From positions 40,288,388 to 40,352,387 of the forward strand of contig NC_092670.1 in assembly GCF_964355755.1 (NCBI RefSeq): a stretch of DNA of 64,000 bases, written 5' to 3'. A program made the position numbers and the translations under genes. Positions 26,280-37,857 of this stretch are shown piece by piece. The stretch's first letter is position 1, and each line of letters starts with the position of its first letter. Source of the DNA: Antedon mediterranea (Eukaryota > Animalia > Echinodermata). The notes under the pieces are model-generated. The model saw only the letters and a list, made by a program, of their open reading frames with translations, ran no database searches and was not told the origin of the DNA.

Positions 26280-29041
26280 GAGATTTTTCACTATCACTAG
26301 TAATTTGACTGGCAAATGTTTAATTTTTTTCAAGATGTAGTGAGGTCAACAATTCTGTTTGCCTATCCTTTTTTAGTGTTATATTAATGAATTTAATTTA
26401 ATAATGAAAACTTGAATTTGGTGCAATTTTCATAACTTTTTGTCTCTGAAAAACAAATTTATAAAAGTTTTAACATATGAAAATAAATTTAATTTGAACT
26501 GTAATTTTCTTAAATTATTATTAATCACATACAGTACCTATTTATATTTTGTTTATGATAATTTATTATTATTATATAATTATTATAATTATATTATCAG
26601 AATTGTTAAAAATCATATGTATTATTGATACTAATTTTACAAATTAATAAAACGATATCTGCAGAAGATCCTTATAGATAACTTGTGCTACGATACAATT
26701 ACAATCAGAAATCTTCTGAAAACTAAATACTGTAACACTAAAACCATACTATTTGCTCGCTAAAAACCATACAATAGTGACCAAAAACATATCAAGCATA
26801 TTTTTGGACAAGATGGGCATCATTGGCAGGAACAAAACTGTACTGTTATTGTTGAAAGAATTAAAATTAATTAAACTACAATGAAATGTGTATGATCTAT
26901 TAATTATATCTCTTATTTTATTGGTCTTGAGAATATTGTACAGGAAACAGCTAATAGATACTAAGCAAAAATAAGGTTTATGAGTTTTACACTTCCAAGC
27001 CAGTATTGTACTTTTACAAAAAAAAACACCAACAAATGCAAACTCCAATTTAGAGTACAAACACTTTCGGCTACATAACTGTCTTGCTGCTATATTAGTC
27101 AATCTATCCCAAATGATTTGTGATCTTGGAGGAATCACGAACGTCATGCACCTTACACAACATTTTCTTTCTTTATGCAACAGTTGTGTTGGTCATTTGT
27201 TATCTACAATATCAATAGTTGATCATAAAATAAGAAAACAACCCAAATATCCAAACAATTTTGAAATAAAATAAAATGTTGTATTCTTGATTATCATTAT
27301 TTTAGTTATGCTGCCCTCTATGCAGAAAACTGCTTCGCCAATGCCCATCAATATTAAAGTAAGTAAATCAATAACAAAGTCAAGGCTGTCATATCTGTGC
27401 AGAGCTGACATGGAGTTTAATAAGGAAACTCAAATGTACATCCTCATCTAAAATAAAGGAATAACGTGTGCGATCTGATGTTATCTAATGAATGTAGAAA
27501 ATAATTTTTAAAAATCAAACCAAACTTGTAAATGACATCAACAATTAATGTTGGATTTACTTTAAAAACTATTAGAATTAAACAATCTATACACATACTA
27601 CTAAGTAAGTGCATATATGTTCACTAAATACCAAGTTATTAGAAAAAAATGCTATTTCCTACACACATTTTGCATATTTTCCATATTATTCGTAACTATA
27701 CACTTGACTATATGGACAACATGGGGACAGAGACTTGTAGAAAGAGACTGTACCTGAATATTAGTAGTTAAGTAGTTACATAGCTTATCATTCTGTCCTG
27801 TTCACAAAAAAAAAACAATTACTAAAGTGTTTAATCTCATTCACGAACCAGTTAGCTACTACAAATAATTAATAATAAAAACGACAAATATCCACTTCTG
27901 TCTTCAACAATAGCAAATTACTAAGAGTTTCATCTCATTCACGAATCAATTAGTACAGTAGTTAGGAAAACCCAATCCTGTCTTATGTTTTCACATAAAG
28001 AGTTCCATCTCATTCACGAATCAATTAGCTAAACAAATTATCACAAATATTCAAACAAACTTATACGATATTCAAATATTGTTCAGTATATATAATATAT
28101 ATGTAACATTTAGATTACAAAAATAAACCTTTTAGTTGAAAAGATTTGGTTTAAAACATCTGGGTTGTTCCCCAACCAATCTCCATAAAAGAGATGTGTT
28201 CCAACATTGCATTGTCAGATAGATTCATCGTTCAGCTGAAGTGTAGAGAACATTACAGTTGTAAGTATTACACTTCTATTGGTACATTAATTAAGTCTAT
28301 TGACAACTTAAAATTCTAAAAAGGTGAAAGATACACTGGAATATTTGTGACTTTATAAAGCTTGTGATTGGTTAAAATCAGTATTTTCTTGAAAAGATAA
28401 TGAATGATATTTTTCTTGTATGTAACAATGATGGTATCATTTTATTTACAGTACTATTCACTTGGGCTTTAAAAAACCCATATTATAAGGTTTATCCCAA
28501 ATGTGCGTTTGAAACAAAACAAATATTCATATTCTTATTGTTCACATTGTGATTATCATCCTGTTGTTATTACCAAAAAGCGTTTTATGCATTTTATCGT
28601 ATTTTAAATTTTAACTTCCACATTGTATCTTCTTTTTATACTACAACTTTTTAAGCTTTTTATCGTATTTTAACTTCTAAATTTTATCTTTTTTTAGATT
28701 TTGTGCAATAATGTGTGTTTATTCTACTTAATTGTTTGTTTTTATTTTATATATATATCTGTTTTTAATTGTACGAATATATATTTTCCAATCTTTAAGA
28801 AGAATTTCTATTATTATTTTATATGATAATGGACAAATAAAGCTTTTCAGTATTCAGTCGGAAAAAAATATGCCTAACTTTCTAAAAAATACAATTTTGT
28901 GTTTTATCAAATTATGATAGAAAATAAAGGAAAATTCCCATCAACTATCTTGAATTTAAGATATAAGAATTGCTACAACATTTGTTGTTGCTCTTCTGTT
29001 GTCAGTTATATTTTGTGAGGAGCTTTCAAGTGTGATACAGA

Positions 29042-31955
29042 ATGGATTGCAGAATGTTAGTAATTGGCTGTATGTTGGTTGTGATGGCTGCTGCCTGCTG
29101 CCCAGAAGATGATTGTGGATGCCCTTCTAGAAGTAAGTAGAATGACTCTATAAACAGCTGGTAAGAAACGGGTCAGAAGAGTAGAAATGGTATAAACTGT
29201 AAAAAGACAAATGTATCATCTATTGGACATCTATGTCATCTATTACAATGCTTTAATTCTAAATCTTACCTCTTGCATTTTTTAAATAAAAATGTTTAAA
29301 GTATACAATGGATCTATTAAAAACTATCTTGTATAATTTAATAAACGATATTACTAAATAATTAGAGAGAAAACAGAAACAATTGTAAGCAGTACAAAGT
29401 TGGCCAAAGTACCAAACTATATAGTAAATACATGAAAGTTATTTTCTAGTGTTAGAAAATTGATTTATTTTGTATATTTAGAAAAGGGATTTATGCAGGA
29501 TTGTAGTAAAATATTGGAGAACAATCCTTCTGCTAAAAGTGGTGATTATTTGATACAGCCACATGACGAACAACCTGAGTTTATGGTCTACTGTGACATG
29601 AGGAAAGATGGCGGATGGACAGTAAGCAATATTAATAAGCAATGAAAAAATGCAAAGATTTCTTTTCTTTTCATCTATAATTATACAACTATTTAAGTTT
29701 CTTTGTTTTCCAGGTTATACAACGAAGAGAGGATGGTTCACAAGATTTCTACCGCGATTGGGCAAACTACAAAAAGGGTTTTGGAAATGTCCACTCAGAG
29801 TTCTGGCTTGGTAACGAAAAGATCAACCGTATAACATTTGATGGACATTTTGAGCTATTAGTAGAGGTGACAGACCACTTGGATGAAATGAAGTTTGCAA
29901 GATATTCTCACTTCCGTATTGGTAGTGAGGATTCTAACTATACTTTGACAATTAGTGAATACACAGGGACGGCAGGTTAGTACATTCAATCAATTTTTAC
30001 ACTAAAAATCCATTTCAAGTAAACAAAGAACTAACATTAGTGTTTTTCTTACACCTTTCTGCCTTCTGCAATAGAACATAGACTAACACACACTGTGCGC
30101 TTTTTGTTGTTGCATTTATCACTTTATATAATAACTGAATATAATACTGAGTTAAAAGAACATTGACTGGAATTAAATGGTTTAAACAAGCTTACAGCCC
30201 AGGTAACATACCTTAATTTGGATTTTCGACATGTAATAAATATGTTCTCATCAGAAGAATCCCATGTTGTATCTAATTATGTACCAGCATGTATAAACGT
30301 TTTTTATCATACTCTTTCATTTTCATTGTAGTTTTTGGAAATCAGTACATTTGTTTTGAAAGTATACTTGAGTTAAAAGAAAGAATAATTAAGATACAGT
30401 AGATGGAAAATAACATAAAATTACAAATGAAATATTTAAAAACATTTTTATTCTTTCATTTACATTAATGTTTTAACATTCCCAATGTATTACTGTTTTA
30501 GTAATGTCAAGTTTATCATTGTATTTTCATAGTTGTATTTTATGTTGTGTGTAATATGATTAAATGTGGGTAATCCCCTAAAAAGAAAACAAAGTATAAT
30601 AATAAAATGTGGGTCATCCCTATTAAATGTGGGTCATCCCTATTAAATGTGGGTCATCCCTATTAAATGTGGGTCATTCCTATTAAATGTGGGTCATCCC
30701 TATTAAATGTGGGTCATCCCTATTAAATGTGGGTCATCCCTATTAAATGTGGGTCATCCCTATTAAATGTGGGTCATCCCTATTAGATGTGGGTCATCCC
30801 TATTAGATGTGGGTCATCCCTATTAGATGTGGGTCATCCCTATTAAATGTGGGTCATCCCTATTATATGTGGGTCATCCCTATTAAATGTGGGTCATCCC
30901 TATTAAATGTGGGTCATCCCTATTAAATGTGGGTCATCCCTATTAAAGGTGGGTCATCCCTATTAAATGTGGGTCATCCCTATTAAATGTGGGTCATCCC
31001 TATTAAATGTGGGTCATCCCTATTAAATGTGGGTCATCCCTATTAAATGTGGGTCATCCCTATTAAATGTGGGTCATCCCTATTAAATGTGGGTCATCCC
31101 TATTAAATGTGGGTCATCCCTATTAAATGTGGGTCATCCCTATTAAATGTGGGTCATCCCTATTAAATGTGGGTCATCCCTATTAAATGTGGGTCATCCC
31201 TATTAAATGTGGGTCATCCCTATTAAATGTGGGTCATCCCTATTAGATGTGGGTCATCCCTATTAAATGTGGGTCATCCCTATTAAATGTGGGTCATCCC
31301 TATTAAATGTGGGTCATCCCTATTAAATGTGGGTCATCCCTATTAAATGTGGGTCATCCCTATTAAATGTGGGTCATCCCTATTAAATGTGGGTCATCCC
31401 TATTAAATGTGGGTCATCCCCTAAAAAGAAAAAAAAAGAATAATAAGCAAACATTGAATGACCAACAAAATATCATTATATAGTAAAAGAAATAACCATA
31501 TGTATAATGTATAGAATATAAGAAGACCAATAACAAGAACACTAGATTTGAAAAAATTGATTTAAAACAAAATTAAAATCCCCTAAAACAGGATTTAAAT
31601 GTAAAAACATAATTAATCAAAACACTTACTGTGTGTATTGTATCATTTTACATTGCATACAGTATTCATTTTCTCCATTCTATTAAAAAAATATTTGGTT
31701 TGTTTAGGTGATTCTTTGACATACCACAATGGTCAACAATTTACAACATATGACAGAGACAATGATCCACATTCAACACTTAACTGTGCTGACCACCACA
31801 AAGGTGCTTGGTGGTACAACGGCTGTGCTTATTCAAACCTGAATGGGCTTTACCTTACACCAGGATCTTATACTCATACTGGCATATTTTGGATTCATTT
31901 CAAGAGAACAGAGAGTCTCAAGAAGACAGTGATGATGGTTAAAAGAGAACCATAA
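29042..31955 (+). CDS. FReD lectin, copy G4, 246 aa; exons 29042-29132, 29482-29621, 29714-29975, 31708-31955
   Basis: Canonical splice sites and open frame; exon 2 of the KGFMQDCSK type. About 35 nt present in other copies just upstream of the exon-4 acceptor are deleted here. Confidence 0.9.
30605..31420. repeat. 20-bp minisatellite, ~41 copies, G4 intron 3
   Basis: Mostly TATTAAATGTGGGTCATCCC. Confidence 0.95.
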
Positions 31956-32268
31956 GAGAGTTTTCTTTATCACTAGTAATTTGACTGGCAAATATTTAAT
32001 TTTTTCAAGATGTAGTGAGGTCAACAATCCTGTTTGGCTATCATTTTTTAGTGTTATATTAATTATTTTAATTTAATTAGAATTTTGAATTAGAACTTTT
32101 TGTCTCTGGAAAACATTTCATTGTTTTATAAATGTTTTAACATATGAAAATTAAATTAATTTCTTAAATTATTAATAATCACAGTGTTTCATCTCAATCA
32201 CGAATCAATAGACACGTTTCGCGCTCGCGACCAATCAGAAATAGTGGGTATAGATTTGTATAGATTTC

Positions 32269-32403
32269 TGTGCTTGGTCAAACCTGAATGGGCTTTACCT
32301 TACACCAGGATCTTCTTCTAATACTGGCATAGTTTGGGTTTATTTCAAGAACAAGTGGGAAAGTCTCAAGAAGACAGTGATGATGGTTAAAAGAGCACCA
32401 TAA
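32269..32403 (+). pseudogene. Orphan 3' half of a FReD exon 4 (relic of a deleted paralogue)
   Basis: Translates [44 protein letters not shown], followed by the normal 3' UTR and spacer. The first half of the exon and exons 1-3 are absent. Confidence 0.88.
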
Positions 32404-32945
32404 GAGAGTTTTTATTATTACTAGTAATTTGACTTATAAATATACAAAATGCCAAATATTTAATTTTTTTTTCAAGATGTAGTGAATCTTGTTTAGCTAT
32501 CCTTTTTTAGTGTTATATTAATTATTTTAATTTAATAATGAAAACTTGAATTTGGTGCAATTTTCATAACTTTTTGTCTCTGAAAAACAAATTTATAAAT
32601 GCTTTAACATATGAAAATAAATTTAATTTGAACTGTAAATTAATATATCATAATTTATTATTATTATTATATAATTTTAATAATTATATTATCAGAATTG
32701 TTAAAAATCATGTACTATTGATACTAATTTTACAAATTAATAAAACTATACCTGCAGATACGATACAATTACAATCAGAAATCTTCTGAAAACTAAATAC
32801 TGTAACACTTTAAAAAAAAACATACTATTTGCTCGCTAAAAACCATACAATAGTGACCAAAAACATATCAAGCATATTTTTGGACAAGATGGGCATCATT
32901 GGCAGGAACAAAACTGTACTGTATTGTTGAAAGAATTAAAATTAA

Positions 32946-34568
32946 CTAGACATGAAACTCGTCACTTTGACGAGTTAGTTATCCGCACGACAGATGCCAC
33001 GTGCACGTCATACGTTAAAAACTATAATAAGAGGTGGTCCTGTATTTTCGCCTTGTATTATAATTATACAGTACACTGTGTATAAAAGGAGACATTAATT
33101 CTACATGATACAGAGGGCGGCAAACAACAATTTGCTCACATCAGAGACTATGCTGGTGTACATTGTACTACTGTACTGTATATTATATGACATATTAACT
33201 GAATTATGGGACCTGCCTTTAATTCAAATATTTAACATGATGACGTCATAAAAAAAACAACACAACGATAGCAATTTCTGAAGAAAATTATCTTAGCAAC
33301 AACATATTAACGTTAAGAAGAAATTTGAATACGTAAAATGTTGGTGCGCGCACATTTAAATGTGATGAACTATTACGCAAAATATGAAAATACAACTTTT
33401 TTTATTCAACTGGCAATATGATGACATCACAACATCCGATTGGCAAAATGTTTACATGAATTCGTATCTACAATCCTATAGCTTCCAGAAAACGTTTTAA
33501 TCGTGATTATCACATTTTATTCTTACGAGCTATTACAGATTAAAATTTACTGTAAAGATGAAATTAATGACCCACGTAATTAAAATTTTTAGGCATGATG
33601 ACGTTATAAAAATTTAAATATTTTTATCTCATGCTAAAGAAAGTTGATTGACCTAGACAATATATAAATATAGGAGAAAAAGGAATACAGATAAACGTGA
33701 TGCGCTCCATTGAATGTGATGAGCAATAACGAAACAGACAAAAATCCTATATTTTACATTCGTGTGGCCATACGATTACGTCACAATGTTTTTTTAGCCT
33801 TATCGATGCATGATCCGATATCTGCAACTCATCAACTTCTAGATTTTGTAATAAAAATAAACGGTTCACGGTTTACTTTAGAAACTATGACTGTTTAAAA
33901 AAAGACATTATTTTGATGATTTTTTAAGCTTTTTCATAAAAAACGCGCACAAATTGTCTAATTCAACGTGTTCGTATGGCGTTATTTAAACTGGAAAAGT
34001 TCTAAATTGTTTTCAAAATTACTAGGAAAGGCTTGAAAAATATAATTCAAGAGAAAAAAATATGTTTTTATCGCTACGTGCGCACCGCGTGCGTAAAAAA
34101 TTGCGCGCCCGTGGGAATTTTTGACATGCTCAAAATGACATGAAACGCGTAAAAAGTTGATTAGAAATTAATTTTGCGCATTTTGAAATTTTAAATGCGC
34201 GTGCGCGCGTAACTTCTTGTGAAACATGCCATTTTTAATCCGTAGAAAGTTTGCCCCTGATATGACTTAAATTTTGTCAAAGTGTCAATACTAAATGACT
34301 TTTGGTTTTTAATCTATGATCAATCATTGAAATTCATAAAATTGCGCGTAAGTCACGTTGCGCAACTATGACGTCATTCAAAAATAGGAGGTGCACAACT
34401 TCACGTAAATGCCCATATGTTGTCAAAGTTATGAAATGTTATGTTTACACATTTTAGAGAAACGCGACTCACAAAAAGGAAGGAAGGAAAGAAGAATAAT
34501 ACAGAAAAAAAATGTTGATCTCGTACAATAACAAGGAGTTATCCGCTTGGTATACCAAGCGGATAACT
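32946..34568 (-). mobile_element. Helentron/Helitron2-type non-autonomous element
   Basis: One end is the palindrome AGTTATCCGCTTGGTATACCAAGCGGATAACT; the other has the subterminal inverted copy AGTTATCCGC plus hairpin AACTCGTCA-CTT-TGACGAGTT and CTAG. (GGAA)n tract; inserted in an A/T run without a clear TSD. Confidence 0.75.
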
Positions 34569-34796
34569 AATTAAACTACAATGAAATGTGTATGATCTAT
34601 TAATTTATCTCTTATTTTATTGGTCTTGAGAATATTGTACAGGAAACAGCTAATAGATACTAAGCAACAATAAGGTTTATGAGTTTTACACTTCCAAGCC
34701 AATATTGCACTTTTACAACAAAAAACACCAACAAATGCAAACTCCATTTAGAGTACAAACACTTTTGGCTAACATAACTGTCTTGATGCTATATTA

Positions 34797-35922
34797 TACC
34801 CTTTTTACACTATCGACTGAGAGAGGAACACGAGTTGAACTCGGAGGCAATTTCCATTTACACTAGCCAAAAAAACTGCGAGATGAACTCGAGCTGCGCC
34901 CATTTACACTACATCAATCACCCCGGTGCTGTCAATCAAATCACTATTGCAAGCGCACACGTGGAACGTAACTGACTCTGGTTTAAACGTTTAAACACTG
35001 GAACATATCGACAAATCTCATATAAAAACATAATAATCCGAATTTACACACAATTTATTTAATTTTGAATGTAGTCCAGTGTAATATTTTCTTTGTGGCT
35101 ATTGAGATTATCATTTATTATTTTAAAAATTAGGGTCTAACAATTATTTTTCTTTTTAAAATGACTGCATTTCCGCCTTGTAGACTGTACGTACATTAAA
35201 TAGGCCTTACATGGTTAGGTTTGCGTAAAAATAGGGTAGGTACGATAAGTATTTAAAATAAAAAATGTATTTGTTAATTAGCATAAAAATGTATCAATGA
35301 AGGAAAATTATTATATGGTACTCTTTCAGTTCCTAACAAAAATTTAATTTTCATATATTGAGACATCAGTATTATATATATTTTTCCCTTTTTCAATAAG
35401 TATACATAGAATCGCAGGGTAGAGTTACACCAATATTAGGCCTACATTATTTTAGGCTTTCTGGTAAGGTAGAATGCACACGAACAATTTCAATAATTTC
35501 AGCAGAAAAAAAAATCACAAATTTGTTTGTGCCTTTAAAAGAAAATAACGAACAGGACAATATCGTACAATTATTATTTTAAGCAAAAAAGGTGTATTTT
35601 AAGCAAAAAACCTATTTTGTTTGCATAATATATTGTATTTCTGTGGCAACATGTTACATTTTCACGTCATTGACCTTTAACAGCTCGGTGTTGAACCACA
35701 AAAACCGTTTACACTTCGTGTCTCCGGTGTAGATTCGACTACACCGGAGAAGGTACACCGGAAAACATTCAGCTTCGTTTCACCCCGGGGAGAGCACACC
35801 GGGGTGGTTGGATTTTCCCATTTACACCAGTCAATAAAAACCACAACACCGGCGTTTAACGGCCCGGTGTACTAACAACTGCGGGGTTACACCGCTGTTA
35901 CGGTGATAGTGTAAAAGGGGTA
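34797..35922. mobile_element. PIF/Harbinger-type MITE
   Basis: TIR TACCCYTTTTACACTATC, 3-bp TTA TSD (34794-34796, 35923-35925), repeated subterminal TTTACAC and CACCGG motifs. Confidence 0.8.
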
Positions 35923-37857
35923 TTAGTCAATCTATCCCAAATGATTTGTGATCAATGATCTTGGAAGAATTATGAACGTCATGCACCTTACACAACATTT
36001 TCTTTATTTATGCAACAGTTGTGTTGGTCATTTGTTATCTACAATATCAATAGTTGATCAATAAATAAGAAAACGACCCGAATATCCAAACAATTTTGAA
36101 ATAAAATCAAATGTTGTATTCTTGATTATCATTATTTAAGTTATGCTGCCCTCTATGCAGAAAATTGCTTTCCCAAACATAATGCCCATCAATATTAGAG
36201 TAAGTAAATCAATAAAACAAAGTCAAGGCTGTCATAACTGTGTAGAGCTGACAGGAGTTCAATAAGGAAACTCAAATGTACATCCTCATCTGAAATAAAG
36301 GAATAACGTGTGTGATCTGATGTTATCTAATGAATGTAGAAAATAATTTTTAAAAATCAAACCAAACTTGTAAATGACATCAACAATTAATGTTGGATTT
36401 ACTTTAAAAAACTATTAGAATTAAACAATCTATACACATACTACTAAGTAAGTGCATATATGTTCACTAAATACCAAGTTATTAGAAAAAAATGCTATTT
36501 CCTACACACATTTTGCATATTTTCCCGTATTATTCGTAACTATACACTTGACTATATGGACATGGGGACAATTAGTAAAAAGAGACTGTGCCTGGAAATT
36601 AGTAGTTAAGTAGTTACATAGCTTAACATTCTGTCCTGCTCACAAAAAAACAATTACTAAAGTGTTTAATCTCATTCACGAACCAGTTAGCTACTACAAA
36701 TAAAAAATAATAAAAACCACAAATATCCACTTCTGTCTTGAACAATAGCAAATTACTAAGTGTTTCATCTCAATCACGAATCAATTAGTAGTTCGGAAAA
36801 TCCAATCCTGTCTCATGTTTTCACAAAAGGAGTTTCATCTCATTCACGAATCAATTAGCTAAACAAATTATCAAAAATATTCAAACAAACTTAAACGATA
36901 TTCAAATATTGTTCAGTATAATGCAATTTGTAACATTCAGATAACATAAATAAACCTTTTAGTTGAATAGTTTTGGTTAGAAAACATCTGGGTTGTTTTC
37001 CAACCAATCTCCATAAAAGAGATGTGTTCCAACATTGCATTGTCAGATAGATTCATCGTTCAGCTGAAGTGTAGAGAACATTGAACATACAGTTGTAAGT
37101 ACAGTATTACACTTCTATTGGTACATTAAGTAAGTCTATTGACAACTTAAAATTCTAAAAAGGCGAAAGATAGACTGGAATATTTTGTGACTTTCTAAAG
37201 CTTGTGATTGGTTAAAATCAGTATTCTCTTGAAAAGATAATGAATTGGAAAATAACAATAATTTCTCTTGTATGTAACAATGATGGGTATCATTTTATTT
37301 ACAGTACTATTCACTTGGGCTTTAAAAAACTCATATTATAAGGCTAATTTCAAACGCGACTTTAAAACAAAACAAATATTAATATTTTTATTGTTCACAT
37401 TGTGATTCTCATCCTGATGTTATTACCAAAAACAATAAAATTTCAAATCATTTAAAGCATTTTTTTTGTATTTTAACTTTTAACTTCTAAATTGTATCTA
37501 CATTTTAAGCTTAAATTTTTATGCAATAATGTGTGTTTTCTATTTTTTAATTGTTTGTTTATATTTTATATCTGTCTGTTTTTAATTGTACTAATATACA
37601 TTTGCCAATCTTTAAGAAGAATTTCTATTATTATTTTATATAATACTGAAAAAATAAAGCTTTTCAGTAGTCAGTCTGCAAAAATATGCCTAACTTTCTA
37701 AAAAATACAATTTTGTGTGATCAATATTATCAAATTATGGTGGAAAAATGAAAATTCTCATCAACTATTTTGAATCTATGAAATAAGATGTGCTGTAACA
37801 TTTTGTCTTGCTTTTCTGTTGTCAGTTTTTGTGAGGAGATTTCAAGTGTGATATAGA

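Noticed and set aside
26749-27411. Hydrophobic minus-strand ORFs (143 aa and 62 aa, repeated at 42856-43527) as a second gene in each unit
   Set aside because: Open only in two recently duplicated spacers, broken by indels and stops in the other copies, with no motif I recognise. A very decayed gene cannot be excluded without a profile search.
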